From assembly GCF_009914755.1 (NCBI RefSeq), contig NC_060929.1: a stretch of 64,000 nt of DNA, one strand, 5' to 3'. The DNA is from the human T2T-CHM13v2.0 reference genome, Homo sapiens. Positions 50,973 through 64,000 of the stretch are shown here, in pieces. Position numbers and translations under genes: made by a program. The number at the start of each line of letters is the position of its first letter. Within the stretch, counting starts at the first letter, position 1. Under the pieces are notes generated by a model. It ran no database searches and had not been told where the DNA came from. It saw only the letters and a program-made list of their open reading frames with translations.

Positions 50973-52699
50973 TACCACTGCATTTTCATTCCTCAGACAC
51001 ACCAGATTTTTCCCTAGGACCTTTGAACACCCTCTTTACCTTCTTTCAGCAGGGCTGCCTTCTTTTCCTGCTTTCCACTGTAGCTCAAATGTCCGCTCCT
51101 CAGAGAGGCCGGCCCTGACCCCCTCATCTACAATGGGACCCTCACTCCATTATCGTCTCTCACACCCCCGTTTATTTCCCTCCTGGCACTCATCGCAATT
51201 TGTGATTATAGGATATCTACCATTGGCCTTCCACACAGGATTAGGAGCTCTATAATGGCACCAATGACAGCCATTTTATTCCTCCCTTTCTTCTCAGTGC
51301 TTATTCTTTATTAAGATGTATAATAACTCCATATGCAGCTTCAAGGGTCTCACTTCTCTAAGGCGGCACCCATCCCTCACCCCTTCCAGGGTCAGCCTTC
51401 CTATCCATGAGGAAGCTGTTTTTAGCTCTTCAGACTCCCTAAAAAATCATCATAGGAAGCTACCCTTTGGGTGGAAGTCTGGGAAAGCAGAGGATGCCAC
51501 GAGGGTGACAGGCAGTTTTCCAGAGCAGGGCTGGCAAGTCAAGCACATTGAGATCCTAAGAATTACCTTTACTGATCCTAGACTGACTAGACATGCCTTG
51601 TAGTCAATGTAAAATCATTTCTTATCCCCTCTCGAATGAAACTGGGGGAAGGGGAAAATAAACTAACCAGCAGAAATGTTGCATTTCAAGAATTTTACTT
51701 TCGAGGCTGGTTCAGCCCCTCCCTGGTGGGGAATGACACATGAGATGGATGCCGGGCTGGCCTGCCTCAGGAGTCTCTCCATACCAGGATCCAGGGGGTC
51801 TGCAGTTGGCAACGGTGGGGCTGCCCATGGTGCTAAATCATCCATGCCACCTCTCCCTTAGCTGCGGGCCTCATACTCCCCACGGTCCCGGTGCACCCCG
51901 CGTGCAGGCAAGCAGCTGTGGCAGTGACAAGTGGAAGAAGAACGGCCTGTTTAATCTGTCTAATAATGGGCAAGGTCCCAAGGGTTCACACAGATGTCCT
52001 CCTGCCTGGCAGTGGAAAAAAAATGCTCATACTGCTAGAATACTGTGTTTTCCAAAGTGCTTTCCCAACGTCCCATTATTCTCACAGGAACCTGGGCAGA
52101 TGGACAGAACCTGACTCACAAGTGATAGGGGAGGAAACTGAGGCTGAGAGTTTGGCAGGTGTTTTCAAGGTCACACATGTTTCTAGGGAGCATGCTGGAA
52201 GCGGTTATGATAATTGAGGTCTCTAGAGGGCTCAGTTTCTTCTTTACGAATGTCTTGTCTACCCATCCTATCGGTCTATACTCTTTGCAACATCCCTCCC
52301 CGCTGCAAATTCCGATGCTTTGTGTATTAAATTTTAGTCAGTGTCACTGCATTTTGGGGGCATTTGAAGGAAATGTGATAGAGCAGAGAAACAGGGAGAA
52401 AAGCTGGAGGACTCAACGGGGTCCAGCAACCAGGGCTCAGGAATGGACCCTTCACACACACAGTGTTTTGATTTTTTTTAAAGTACACACATGGTGAGTG
52501 TTTTGTTCTAAACCTTGACATTCAGGGCCTTCTGAGTACATCATCTTGTCAAGAAACACTGAACTATTCAGTACACAACAGGTCAGAGGTGCCCATTTGA
52601 TAGCCTGAGGATGGAATCCTTATTGCAGCATTTTGCGTCATGCCACATATATGTGTTTTTTCAATCCTCCTCTGTTTTAAAAATTGGAAAATTTCATAC

Positions 52700-52700
<1 letters not shown>

Positions 52701-52733
<33 letters not shown>
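52701..52733. repeat. (CA)n microsatellite
   Basis: Direct reading. Confidence 0.95.
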
Positions 52734-52738
<5 letters not shown>

Positions 52739-55700
52739 CATACCATACCACACCACATCAAATTTCTATTTTCTCTTGAAAAACAAAATTCAGGAGCTCA
52801 GGCAACCCTAGGTTCCCTGGAGGCAGCCATGGAGTAGCTGCCCCCTTTAGATAGGACATATGCTCTCTATTTGCCACAGTCCTCACTATTCCCTATTGTG
52901 TCCCCTTCACTAGTTTACTTGACCTTCCTTGCCTTAGTGGTCATTTAGGTTTGAAACCCCAGTGCAGATTCATAAGCCCAATTGTAGCAATTGGTTCTAG
53001 CGCATATTAGGCACTAGACAAGGACGATGGCCATGGGGAGAAAGAAATGGCAACTTGACTTGCCTTCATAAAAACTAAATGCCACGCTGGCAATCCTTCT
53101 CACTCATCAGGTCTATTGAGGCTCTTTTTTTCTCATCCAGATGCTCCTTTGTTTCCTATTGCTCCTAGATCTCTCAGCATGGGATGTTACTTCAAATATG
53201 TAAGGCATCAAAACAACCCAGGCTGGCAGAATTACTAGGCAAAGATAGCCCAAGGTGCAGAGCTCATGAAGCATGGAGCAAAAGAAAACACAAAAGGGCA
53301 GAGTCTCCTGGTCACTCATTCTCTCCCAGGATGCTTGGCTCCCTCAGGCGAGGTGTGTAGGTGCAGGGAGAGATAAAATTAAGCTGCTTATCCAGAATTA
53401 GATGCTGAGGACAGCCTCACTGGTCCCCAGCATCAGCAAGATCTAACAGCCTGTCCCTGTGCCCTCTTTCCTTTGGGAGGAAGGCTGGCAGCTAGTCAAC
53501 TCAGCCTGGCTTCCATGAAAGGAGCTCTTAGCTATCTGGTACATGGACAAGAGTTGGAGGGGAATTTTAAAAGCACCATATTATGGAGCAAATAGAGAGT
53601 AAACAAACATTTGAAATGAGGTTTAGCAGTTCTATAAGGAATCCTGAACACAGGCCTCCCTCTTTCACCGGAGGGATGGATTCCCCCTTTTTGCAGCAGA
53701 GATTCCAGGATGCTTGCTCCGTCCTGGTTCATCCCTGTTTGAGGAGCATTGGTGTAACTGCTGTGTGAAATGATAATAATGCAGCATCCTCTCTACAGAC
53801 TACATCTCTGTGTGCTTTTCCCACGCACTTTCCAGGCACTATCTTATGTAACCCCCACAACAGCACTATGATTATCTTCATTTTTCTGATAAGAAAACAG
53901 GTTCAGAGTGGTGACGGACTCAACCAAGGTCCCCCAGCAATAAGCGAAGCTCCAGCCTGTTTCACTCCAAAGCCATCTCTTATCTACTATTTAAAGTCTA
54001 TATTCTCTTTTCCATTTTCCCTATGTGTGAGGAGTGGCTATTTTTGCTAGCCTTCACTGTACCTGGGTATGCTTCAGATGGACAAAGGTCTGGTTGGGTT
54101 TGGAAGACCCTGCTTGCCTCCTGGGAGTGCAGAGGCATCAGAAGTCCTCCTGACTCCCAGGAAGGAGCTTCAGCGTGTGATGCTGATCAAGCCTTCGTTG
54201 GCACGAGGTGGCAGGTTCTTTACTGAGTGGCTTGCATCTGTACGAGGCAAGGCTTCCCCCTTCAGGATCACTGACCGAATGCCGACGTGGGAGCTGATAT
54301 GCCTGGCTCTGTGATCCCCTTACTCTGAGCAGGCCAGGGACAACCGTAGGACAGAGATAACAGCAATAGCACACAAGGTGGGATGTCCCAGCTGGCCTCA
54401 TTCAAGAGGCTGCCTGGCGCTCAAACTGACAACTGTGACATCCCAGCCAAAGATCTCACTTCAGCCCAATCTGCTGTTGGATCCAGTGAGTCAGGCTGGA
54501 CTGCCTGGTGAATACTGTATTCATCGGTATTTCCCCAGATGCAGATCCAGTGATCTTTTGGGGCCACCTGCTCCAGATCTATCTCTCAAAGGACCCTCGG
54601 AGATCATATAAATGAAAAGAGAGGGAAGGCTGAGATGATCCGACCAGGTGAACCACAGCCACCAGGTGAACAGCAGGGGCCACATGGCCTAACAGGTAAT
54701 GCATATTACACACTTCACAAGGCCAGGTACTCCCATTTAATCTCCCTTTGACAGGTGACCCTTCTGGGGCTCATAGAGCTTAAATAACTTTGACCAAAGT
54801 TCCACAACCCGTAAGAGGTAGGATAGTATTTGGACTCACGACATCATAGCCCAAAGATTTTGTTTCCAATCGTCATGCTGCTGTGAGAGCCAGTCCCCTC
54901 TCACTAAGAGCCTAAGGGAGCCACCTGAGGCTGATGGGAGGCGGTGGAGGTACCCTGTTTGTAGCCACTCCATCAACGCAGCGGGTGATTTTACAATAAG
55001 GCAGAACAACAACAAAAAGAGCCATGCTCCCATCAGAGGAAATTAAGGAGAGTGGCACATTGGAGAGTGGGAGGGCATGTACAGCACCTTCTAAATTTAT
55101 TTCCAAGTGTGAGCTCTAGGAGGCCCTCTGCCACCCCCTTCCTTGGAGCACTTTTGGCTGCCACATATGTTCCATGTCAAGAGGTATTAGCACTCAGCCC
55201 ATTGACTACCCAGCATAGCTGTGCTGCTGAGAGCTCTTGCTTTCTGGGAGCTGTGGCCTTCAGGAAAACCAAAGCAGAAAACAGAAGCCACTGGGAGTCA
55301 AAAAAGCTAGAGCTGGAGGAGGGAAATGAAATGCCTGTGTCGGGATGAGGGAGAACCCTCGTGACTCAAGTCTTTCTGCTAGGGGACCGGGGCTGGCCTG
55401 TGCAGAAAAGTCCCAGGTGTTCTTATCACTAGTAGCAGCTTCCAGCTTCTTTCATTTGGGGTCCAGGTAACATGGGGAGATGGCCCACAGGGGGAAAACC
55501 AGGTCCATTATGATCCACTAAAAGGACCCACTACACCCAGGCTTTTGAAAAGCCCCATGGGGAGAAGATCGCTGAGCCCCACTGTTAGCTACTGCCTTTG
55601 CTCTGATCCGCTCTTCAATGAAGGTTGCCCTTGGAGCCCACAGGCCTTTTTTGCAAAGTTTGGAAAACACAGACATCTGGAGTCAGGCTTAATGATCAAT

Positions 55701-58700
55701 TGCATCAAAAATCACTTTGGCAACTCCAGCAATTCACATGTTGACTCAGTGGCCCAGTGCAATCATTCTGGTGGCGTCCACACTTGACCAAGGGTCTGTG
55801 GAGGACATGGGTTATGTTGCCCCTCCCACTTCTATGGTATTTGTCTGGAAATGCTGAAAGCATATTCCAAACTCCAGAGAGCAAGGCCTCCTCAGAAAAC
55901 TGGTGCCAAGAAAGAATGCAGTGGCCCTTCCAGGAGAATGGATGAAGCTCTTCCAGAAAAGACTGTGGGATAGGAAGATGGGCCCAGGCTCCTGCCAAGA
56001 AAGATACTCTGTGGGCCTTCTTTTCCTAAAACAGGGATGGGGAGTCTGTTTCTGTTTCATGAACACTCAGATGCAGATATACAACAGGAGAAAGATGGCG
56101 CCAATAGGCGTCTGGCATAACCCTTTCTCTAGCTCCTTTAGTAGGAGAATTTACAAAAAGTGGGTTATGAAGGCTCTTTGTTATTTAAAAAAGTGCTCTG
56201 TGTGTCCCTGGAAGTAGTTATCACCTCTACACATTGGCACGAACGCTTAGTGAAGACACCAACTAGGGGAGCTATTCTGTACCCCTAATTAAGCTACAGG
56301 ATATAGAGCCAAACCTTCCGCATTAATATGCCTTCCTTCTTTTTATTTCTCTAGTATTAACCCTCTGTCATCCTGAATTTCTTTATCCATTAATTGTAAT
56401 AGGGACCACTCTCCCACCTTAGAACATTATGTTATCATCCTTTCCCTATAAAATATGGGGATTAATTTAGACCTTCAGCAACCTACTGAGGCTGGATGTG
56501 GGGAAGAACCCAATGACAGCTGATGCCATGAATTCTGACCCTGCCCAGAATCTTCTCTGTGCTTGAAAATGGGTGCTGTAGGCCACGTCTTGCTAAACAC
56601 TCAAGGGGAAACAGGAGGAGCCCTCCAAGTCCCAACTAGGGGCAACAGTGGCTCTTCCCTTCTCTCCTGTTGGTGACTGCACTGCTTGTCAATGGCTGTG
56701 GGTTGTCATGGTGATTCCCGATGCAAGAGTAACCAGGCATGCAGCAACACCATTGGGCGGCCTGTCTGAAAAACAAGACCTCTTTCTACCCCAGAGACAT
56801 AGGAGGGTGCTAGGAATGGGCTGTAAGCCACTGGGTTTTCCTAAGGGAAACAGATGAAAGCTGAGATTCCTAGAGACCAGAGAGGGAGAACTATTATTTG
56901 GTTACCAGATCAAGTGACCTCACCTGTGGTGGCTTGCCCATTCCTTCCCTCAGGACTATTAGGGTGGTAACTTTCCTATCTGATTGCCACATGGTTACCA
57001 ATCCGTCCTTTAAGTGGGGTGAACCATTCATTCAATGACTAGCATGGAATGATTCCAGAATTTAAGTCTACCCAATGGCTTTCCAGGTACACAAGAGAGG
57101 GAAGAACCCTTCCCTCAAGAACGCATCGCCAAGTCAGTCTGCTTCTTCTGCTGGAGAGAATTCTCATTGTCCCACCTCGATTGGGTCTCTAAACACAAGC
57201 AGCTCCTTGACTATCCTCTCATAGAGCAAACATTAGTGGGCTGAAGACAATGAACCAGAGAAAGTTCCATGGACACAGAGCCGTGAATTATGCTGAGCCA
57301 TAACAAAAGGAGTTGATCTGCAGTTCAACAGCACCCTCTCTGTGGCTTGATCCATTGAGAATTTCTTGCTCTGCAGATCAAAAAACTGGCTCTGCAGATC
57401 TGCCTGTGACTGGGTGAAGCAGATGTCTCTGGATGGATGTGCTGTGGTTAAGGGCATGGACTACCCAGGTTCCAATCCTGGCTCCATCATGCTAAGTGAC
57501 AATGGTCAAGTCACTTAACCCTCAGTTTCCCCCTCTGTAAAATGGGCCTTTCCACAACACCTTCCTCTTAGCGTTGTGGTAGATTAAATGAGATGATGCA
57601 CATGAAATTGCTTAGCAGTTTCGGGTCCTGAAGCATATTAAGTATTCAATAAATGTTAGCTGCTATTATTAGCAGTAGTAAGTAGTTCTTGTGAAACAGC
57701 TGGTGGGGAAAAGTGAACTATAGGGAGTGAAGTTTTGCTCACTGCTCTGTAATTGGCATGTTGCTTGGCAAACTCCGAGAGCCTCAAATGGTCTTGTCTG
57801 CCTTCCAAGAAAATTAAACAACAGGTGCTAGAGTTGTCTTAACTTATTCCAGCCCGAAGACAGTCTGGTTTGGTTTAAGACCACCTGGAGCGGGTTTAAA
57901 AGCTTCCACCTCAAATGACTGCCCTCCCGACTTAAGTGGCTTTCCTATGCATGTCATGTGATCGATGAGCACTAAATGAATGCTCCTGACTCCCTGGAGG
58001 GGAGGTGTAACAACGCAGCTTGCAGCTGTCCATCAGCGGAGGAAATGACAGCCTTTTCCTGCTTTGGGAGGAGGGACCTCTGAGCTACAAGGTGAGGGAT
58101 CTCAGGGCACGAGGGCTGGCTGCCCATAGAGGATCACCATCTCCACAGATGTCCCAGGAGCCTATGAGCCTGGGTGGGCAGGGGAAGGTAGAGGAGCAAG
58201 ACCATTCACCCTGAGCTTCCAGTGAGGAGGAAGACAGGTCATTTCTCTAATAATTGAGCTGCTCCCACCCCTGGAGTTGGGATCATGTGCCCAGTGATAT
58301 GTCCTTTTCTCACCTTGGGTTCTGAGATGCCTCCATGTGGGATATTTCAATTCTAAACATACTTCCTAGTATCCAAATGGGCACCAACTCACTTCCTAGC
58401 AGCCAGTTTTAAGGAGGGAAGCTGACAGATTACCTTGCATCCCCCAAAGACAATAAGGGTTGCTAGTAATAAACAATAAATGCGTGTTTATACAATGAAT
58501 GGCCGCAGGAACTGAACGTGTTTAGGATTAATTATAGGGAGACATACTAGCTATTTTCAAACATCTGAAGACAATGATAACAGACTTTTCTGAGTTTTCT
58601 AGAAACCATTACGATGTTTAGTATAAGAAAGAGCTTTCTAACCTTCCAACTAGGCAGTGAGGACTTATCAGAGGAACCATCAGCAAACGAGTGACAGAAG

Positions 58701-60495
58701 GATTTGTGAGAGCGTGCATGAGAGGGATTCTTGTCCTAGCCAGGTAGGAGGCTGTGCTTGGAGCCCTGATGTTCCTTTGAACGCTAAGATTTTGGAACTT
58801 AAACTGAAGGGGGTAACTTGTGAGGCTCCAGGGGACCAAGGACAGAATATCATGCTTAGGACAGCTGGGGCTTGTTCCTTGTGGATGCACTTGCCGCAGC
58901 CTCTAAAAAACGGAGACATTCTCTCCAGAATGGCCAAGAATTTTGGGCATTTGCCCAAAGGAACACACCGAGAAAAGCTCCCAGGAGGCTGGCTGTGTAC
59001 ATACTGGACTGGGCAAGTTTGATAGGATGGCCAAAAAGTCCAGAGGAGTGGGGGAAGATGGGAGGCAGGCAGGAGAACCAACTACAATGTACCCACTTTA
59101 TTACCGCCAGCATCACAGCAAGTGCTAGAAAGGAAATGTCCAGGGCCACTTCGTGTGGCAGAGGCAGCTCAGCTTTGCGAGTACCCGTAATTTGAGAGAT
59201 GGAATGAGAAGAAAAAATGCAATCCTCTCACAAAGAGACTCTGAGTCAAAGGAGAGAAAATAACTCAGACTACCAGAGTATTCTAATCAGAGCCTTCTTA
59301 TCAGTGTCTCCAGTCTAACAGGGAGAAGTCCAATCTACAGCAGGCTGAACACTAAATTAGATCGAATCAGGGCCTGCTTTCCAACCACTCAATGGCAGGT
59401 CAAAACCCAATGACAGCTACTTGAGTCCCAGTTACTGGTTCTTTCTGGTAAGGCCTGCCTGAGTTGTGTCAACTCTTGGTCTCAAGAGAGGAGAGTTGCT
59501 TCCTCTTTACCCCAAGCTACTCGATTCCATCTGCTCAAAATGGTGACAGTAAACTGGAGTTGCCTTCGCGACCCATGCAAAGTCCTGTTGGTTCTATTAA
59601 CCTCATGGCTGCTATTAGCTTGGAGCTGAGATACACATCTTTTTAAGTATACATGCACTGTGCTAGGCACTGTGATACACATTCTGTGTATCCTTAATGT
59701 GTGCAAAGCCATTTTCCTTCCTGCACACACACACACACAGATTATAAAAGGAAAATCACACCAGCTTGGTGGAACACAACACTGCCAAATCCACCTCAAG
59801 GTGGATACTATTGATACTCTTCTTTCAAGGGATTAATAGCTACAGTTAACTAGCCTTATGGTGGCAGTTATAATGCACAGTTTCTTTGCTACAAGCAAAG
59901 AATACCATCTGTGAAACACCCAGCTCCCTGCAGAGCCCTGGCCTGTCATTCTAACACATAGCCTTAAAAGCCCACCAAAGGCTGGGACCGTTGAACAGGA
60001 ATTTGCCCACACAGACACACACAGAGTGGGGCAGACAGGAAGACAGAGATGGGGGAGATGCAGAGAAAGAGAGACTTTTCTCTCTCTTGCTTTCAGCTTC
60101 ACTGAAACAAACCTGGTTGCTGGTATGATAGATCTGCTCCCTGGAAACTTGCTGGGCATCGCACGCCTACATAATTCACATTAGTGCGTGTTCTGGGAGA
60201 ATCTGTCCAGAGCTGAGTCTTAAAGGACATGGGAAGGGTAGAGGAAAGATGTAAGAAAGGGCTGGAGGAAAAGTCTCACTTCCTCTTTCTTGAAGAGTTC
60301 CTGGGCATCAACCACATAAGATGTGTCCCTTGTTCCTCTCTCCTTCTTTGCTCTTGTGCCTGCCACCCCTTTAGAGCCCCAGCTTGAGTCCTGGCCCACA
60401 AACCCATGCTGTGGGTCCTCTGAACTTTACGTAGGAGGTGGGGAGGTGCCAGGCCTCTTCCTCACTGCCTGTGACTTGGAGGTGATTTTAAAAAG

Positions 60496-60527
60496 ACACA
60501 CACACACACACACACGCACACACACAC
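60496..60527. repeat. Interrupted (CA)n microsatellite
   Basis: Direct reading. Confidence 0.9.
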
Positions 60528-61531
60528 CTGCACACCTCTGCAAACATACATCATGTGCTATTCAGAGGGCTGGGAGGTTTCTGAATGAAGGGCATGGCCA
60601 TGTAGATTCTTTTCCAGTTTCCATACCTATTCTGCTGTGTGACTGGGGGAGAGTCATGTATCTCTCCGAGACTTGGTCTTCTCCACTGCTTAAAGGATAC
60701 TCAAGATCAGTTCCTAATATCCAGAAGAACTGTAATGGTGACAGAGCAAATGTGCACATGCATGCACACACACACACACACTCCCACGCCCATAGTACAT
60801 GTGTGTAGATGCTATAGCTGCCTTGTCACAAATCAGAGATGATTTTACCAGCACAAAAATTAAACTATACTATGAGCTAAATTCTTTTCCTTCCTTCTCC
60901 ACATCAGAGTTCAATTATCTTCTTCAAACATTTAAGCTCAAATGACCAGAATGAAATAAATGCAAACAAATAATCCCTGAGCTTAAAATTCGAAGCAACA
61001 ACCCTTCCTTTAAATTAAGTAAACACTCCTCTCCACCCTGTCTTTCCCAGATGGATTCACACTGGTGACTGATTATGCTCCTCTCGAATTATTCCCTCTG
61101 CCCCGACCCCTCTTCAAGGTCACATGTCCATCAGCAGCTGTGTCTCAGCTTTAGTACTGGAATTTGGTGTGTGGATGTTTTAGTTCCTTACATTCTTAGC
61201 ACACTACTGAAAAATGTTTTTCTTTTTGTTGGATTTGACTCTTTCCTAATCTCTATCCCCAGACCCTGTGCTTAGTATCTTCATGCCTGGGCCAGGGCCC
61301 TCGGCTGTATCATTTGGGTTTATGCACACTGACCTCGGTCTTCCTCTGCCCGCTCGCTGACTCTCCTTTCATAAAAATAGGAAACGGAGGTGAAGCGTGG
61401 ACAGCTCAAACATTTTTTTCTCTTTTGTCTGCAGAAAGTCAAAAGAACTCTCCAGAGCATGGCTCAACGTTTTCAGGTGGGAGCCTTCCGACAGTACCAA
61501 AGACACCAACAGTGACAAAGTTCCTACTCAC

Positions 61532-61603
61532 AGCAGCTGTAGGGACACCAGCCCATCAAACAGTCCCTTGGCAATCTCGGTGATCTTGTTCCCATACAGG
61601 ACC
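61532..61603 (-). CDS. SLIT3: SLIT3 exon 12 (72 nt, one LRR: [23 protein letters not shown])
   Basis: Minus strand ctttcag|GGTCCTGTATGGG...CAGCTGCT|gtgagt; phase 2-2; missed by the ORF track. Confidence 0.95.
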
Positions 61604-62739
61604 CTGAAAGAGAGAAGGAGAAGACAGCAATCACTGTGGATGTGAGGCCACCAGAACCCAGTCCTGCAGGAAGCCATCACCTCGGCCAGTTCTGGGTATG
61701 AGATCTCAGGACAACCCCTTCCACGGCCTGCCTAATCCCTTCTCATCAGCGAGACAGAGGCAGCCAAGAGCAGCCAGGGGCTGGAAGGGCAGGTTGTCTG
61801 GGAGGTGAGTAGAAATGGGCTCTATCCTGCTCCATTCCTGGGCAACCTAGCCCAATACATAATCCCCAACAGGAAGAAGCGGTCTCTTTGTGGTATCTCC
61901 CTAAGCTGCTAATATGACTCACACCCCAGCAATAAATACACTGTGTGGGAGACTGGCCCTGTGTCTTCAATGGGTATTGATCAGCTTGAGCCCAGCCTAC
62001 AGGACGTTTCCTTTTAATATCCCTTTGCATCTTAGGAATTCCTAAGCTGAGTCATTTAATCATCCATCTAGACAGGGCTTTGTGCATCTGGGGTCATCTC
62101 CAGATGGTGCAGGGACTGCTGAGTCAAGGACTGGCTCTCGGGAAAAACCAGGGAGCTTTGCTGTCTCACAGTAATGGCAGCTTTTACTTTCTATCCGCTT
62201 TTCCTATTCTTTGAGTTCCAGGAACGCAGGAACTCAGAACCCTTTTACCCTTTCTCTTACGGGCCTCCAGTGACCCTCATACTGGTGTCTCTGATTCATG
62301 GGCCTCATCTTTGGTGTCTTGGTGAGGCCTGGGGAGGAAGGCTACTGGGTCTCCCACTCCAGCACAGTGCTCAGGGGCGTCTTTATGCCTGGCCCTTGCT
62401 GGTGCTCTTCAAAGGCACTAGAGAAGCTCGGCTGGCCTCTCTCTGCTCCCAACCACAGCACGGGCTTTGCTGTCTCTTGGGTCCAGCCTCCTCTGTGACC
62501 CAGGGAACTGATCGTAGGAGAGTTTGGTTGTTTTTCTTAAGTCCTCTCCAGAGCCCTGAAGTGCACTGAATGCATGCAATATTCAATTTTCACTCGGATC
62601 GCAATCCAGGCTGTAATCCTTCTTTGAGGAGACAAAATATTAGGATGCGGAAATGGTAAATGGGCATGATAAACCAAACCCCCCTTTTCCAGACGCCACT
62701 GGGAGTGAAGAGTGAATGTCTCCATCAGCCTACGGGTGT

Positions 62740-62825
62740 GTTTCATTAATGTTTCAACAAATTAATGACTAAATAAAAGTCAGCATGATAGCTCAGGCAC
62801 ACATTTGTAATTCATATTAATGCCC
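62740..62825. promoter_or_regulatory. Candidate LIM-homeodomain (Isl1-Lhx3) enhancer core
   Basis: TAATTcatatTAATG at 62808-62822 (= CATTA-N5-AATTA on the minus strand) plus further TAAT/ATTA cores at ~62744 and ~62760, in apparently non-repetitive DNA. Confidence 0.55.
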
Positions 62826-64000
62826 CACCGCTCACTGTGCCAAATGCAGTAATGTCACTGTCTGCCCGTGTCAGCTGATGTCAGGACTTCTAGTGTAGCA
62901 GAAGCCACGGGGCTTGGGGCAAGAGGGGTCCTCACACCACCCGCCATGCCTTGGGATAGCAGGCTTCTGAGCCCAGTGCGTCAAAACCACTCCCTGGCAG
63001 GTGGAGGCGGGCTGAGGCTCTCCTGCCTGTGTGGTCTCCTCAGGCATCTGGGTGTACCCCTGTCTGGCTTCCCACCCCAGGTCTTGGCTTGACTACCTTC
63101 TTCTTGCCTTTCAGGTCTGAGCTCAAACATCTCTTCCTTGGGAGGTGTCTCTTTAATATTTTAGTTAATGTTTTATATCACCTGTTACCCTATTTTAGTT
63201 TCTTCATATCGCTTATCTTTATGTCACATTATGTTGCTTAAATATGTATTTAATTTTAATTTTTTCTGCCTCCCTCCCCCGCACCTCCCAGCTCCCTTGC
63301 ATGTAGGCCCCATGAGTGTAGTAACGTTACATGGCTGTTCATGACTGGGTCTCTAGACCCCAAAATAGAAGAGTCTAGCACGATAAATATTTGTTGAATG
63401 AATGAATGCACGCACAGGTAAGGGGTAAAGGCTCTCCAGCCCTTTACCTTGGCTTCTCCTGAGCTGGGATTGTGTGTGCTTGTGTTCAACTGTAAGCTCT
63501 GTCAGGCCAAGGATCCTGTGTGTACAGTTCACTGCCACACTCGCAGTGCCTATAATACTGCCAGTACACAGTAGGCATCTACTGCATGAATGAATGAATA
63601 AATCGGGAGTGAGAGGTGCTTCACTTAAACAATGCTCACATATATTTCAGAATCGGGCAGCAGCATGCCAATTTCATGTTTGGCAACTAGATTTTGAATT
63701 CCTTTTCCTACGAGACAGGAAGCACCTCACTGCCCTCAGACTGTCTCCAAATCCTGGCTGAGGGAAACCAGACAAGGGAAGAGAGAGGGTGGGGGCAGAG
63801 AAAGGTTCCTGGTGGCAGACGGCTCCTCTCCCTTCTCCTCTGTGATCTTCAGCACAAGCAGACACTAATCTCACACATGGTCCCATCTTTGATATCCCAG
63901 CCAGATGTTCTATTCGATAAATGAAACTAATTTACTCTGCAAGCAGCAGGCAACAGCTGAATCTGAGACTTCCCAGTCCTCATCCCCTTCCCGGTGGGAT

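Noticed and set aside
56507-59420. Recurring 15-mer aacccaatgacagct (MEIS/PKNOX-like TGACAG)
   Set aside because: One or two exact 15-mer pairs are expected by chance in 64 kb.

Overview
Human (primate) genomic DNA from inside SLIT3, which is transcribed on the minus strand. I read nine spliced coding exons, numbered 12-20 by recalled convention. They encode the end of LRR domain D2, all of D3 and the start of D4, and all have canonical GT-AG ends that join in frame. The intronic microRNA MIR218-2 lies in intron 14 (43781-43890, minus strand). The rest is intron: a ~6 kb old L1 with nested inserts, a near full-length Tigger1, Charlie1-type and MER82/Tigger4-type DNA transposons, 15 Alus or Alu fragments, MIR/L2 debris, two ~1 kb low-complexity VNTRs and microsatellites. 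Almost all supplied ORFs are repeat-derived or chance. I found no evidence for a wholly new biological system. The most interesting signals are a perfect Isl1-Lhx3-type element ~19 kb upstream of miR-218-2, an in-frame alternative donor at exon 19, two fold-back/templated-insertion repair scars, an Alu orientation switch that predicts back-splicing at exon 20, and VNTRs at both ends of intron 20. Repeat subfamily names and boundaries are by eye and approximate.
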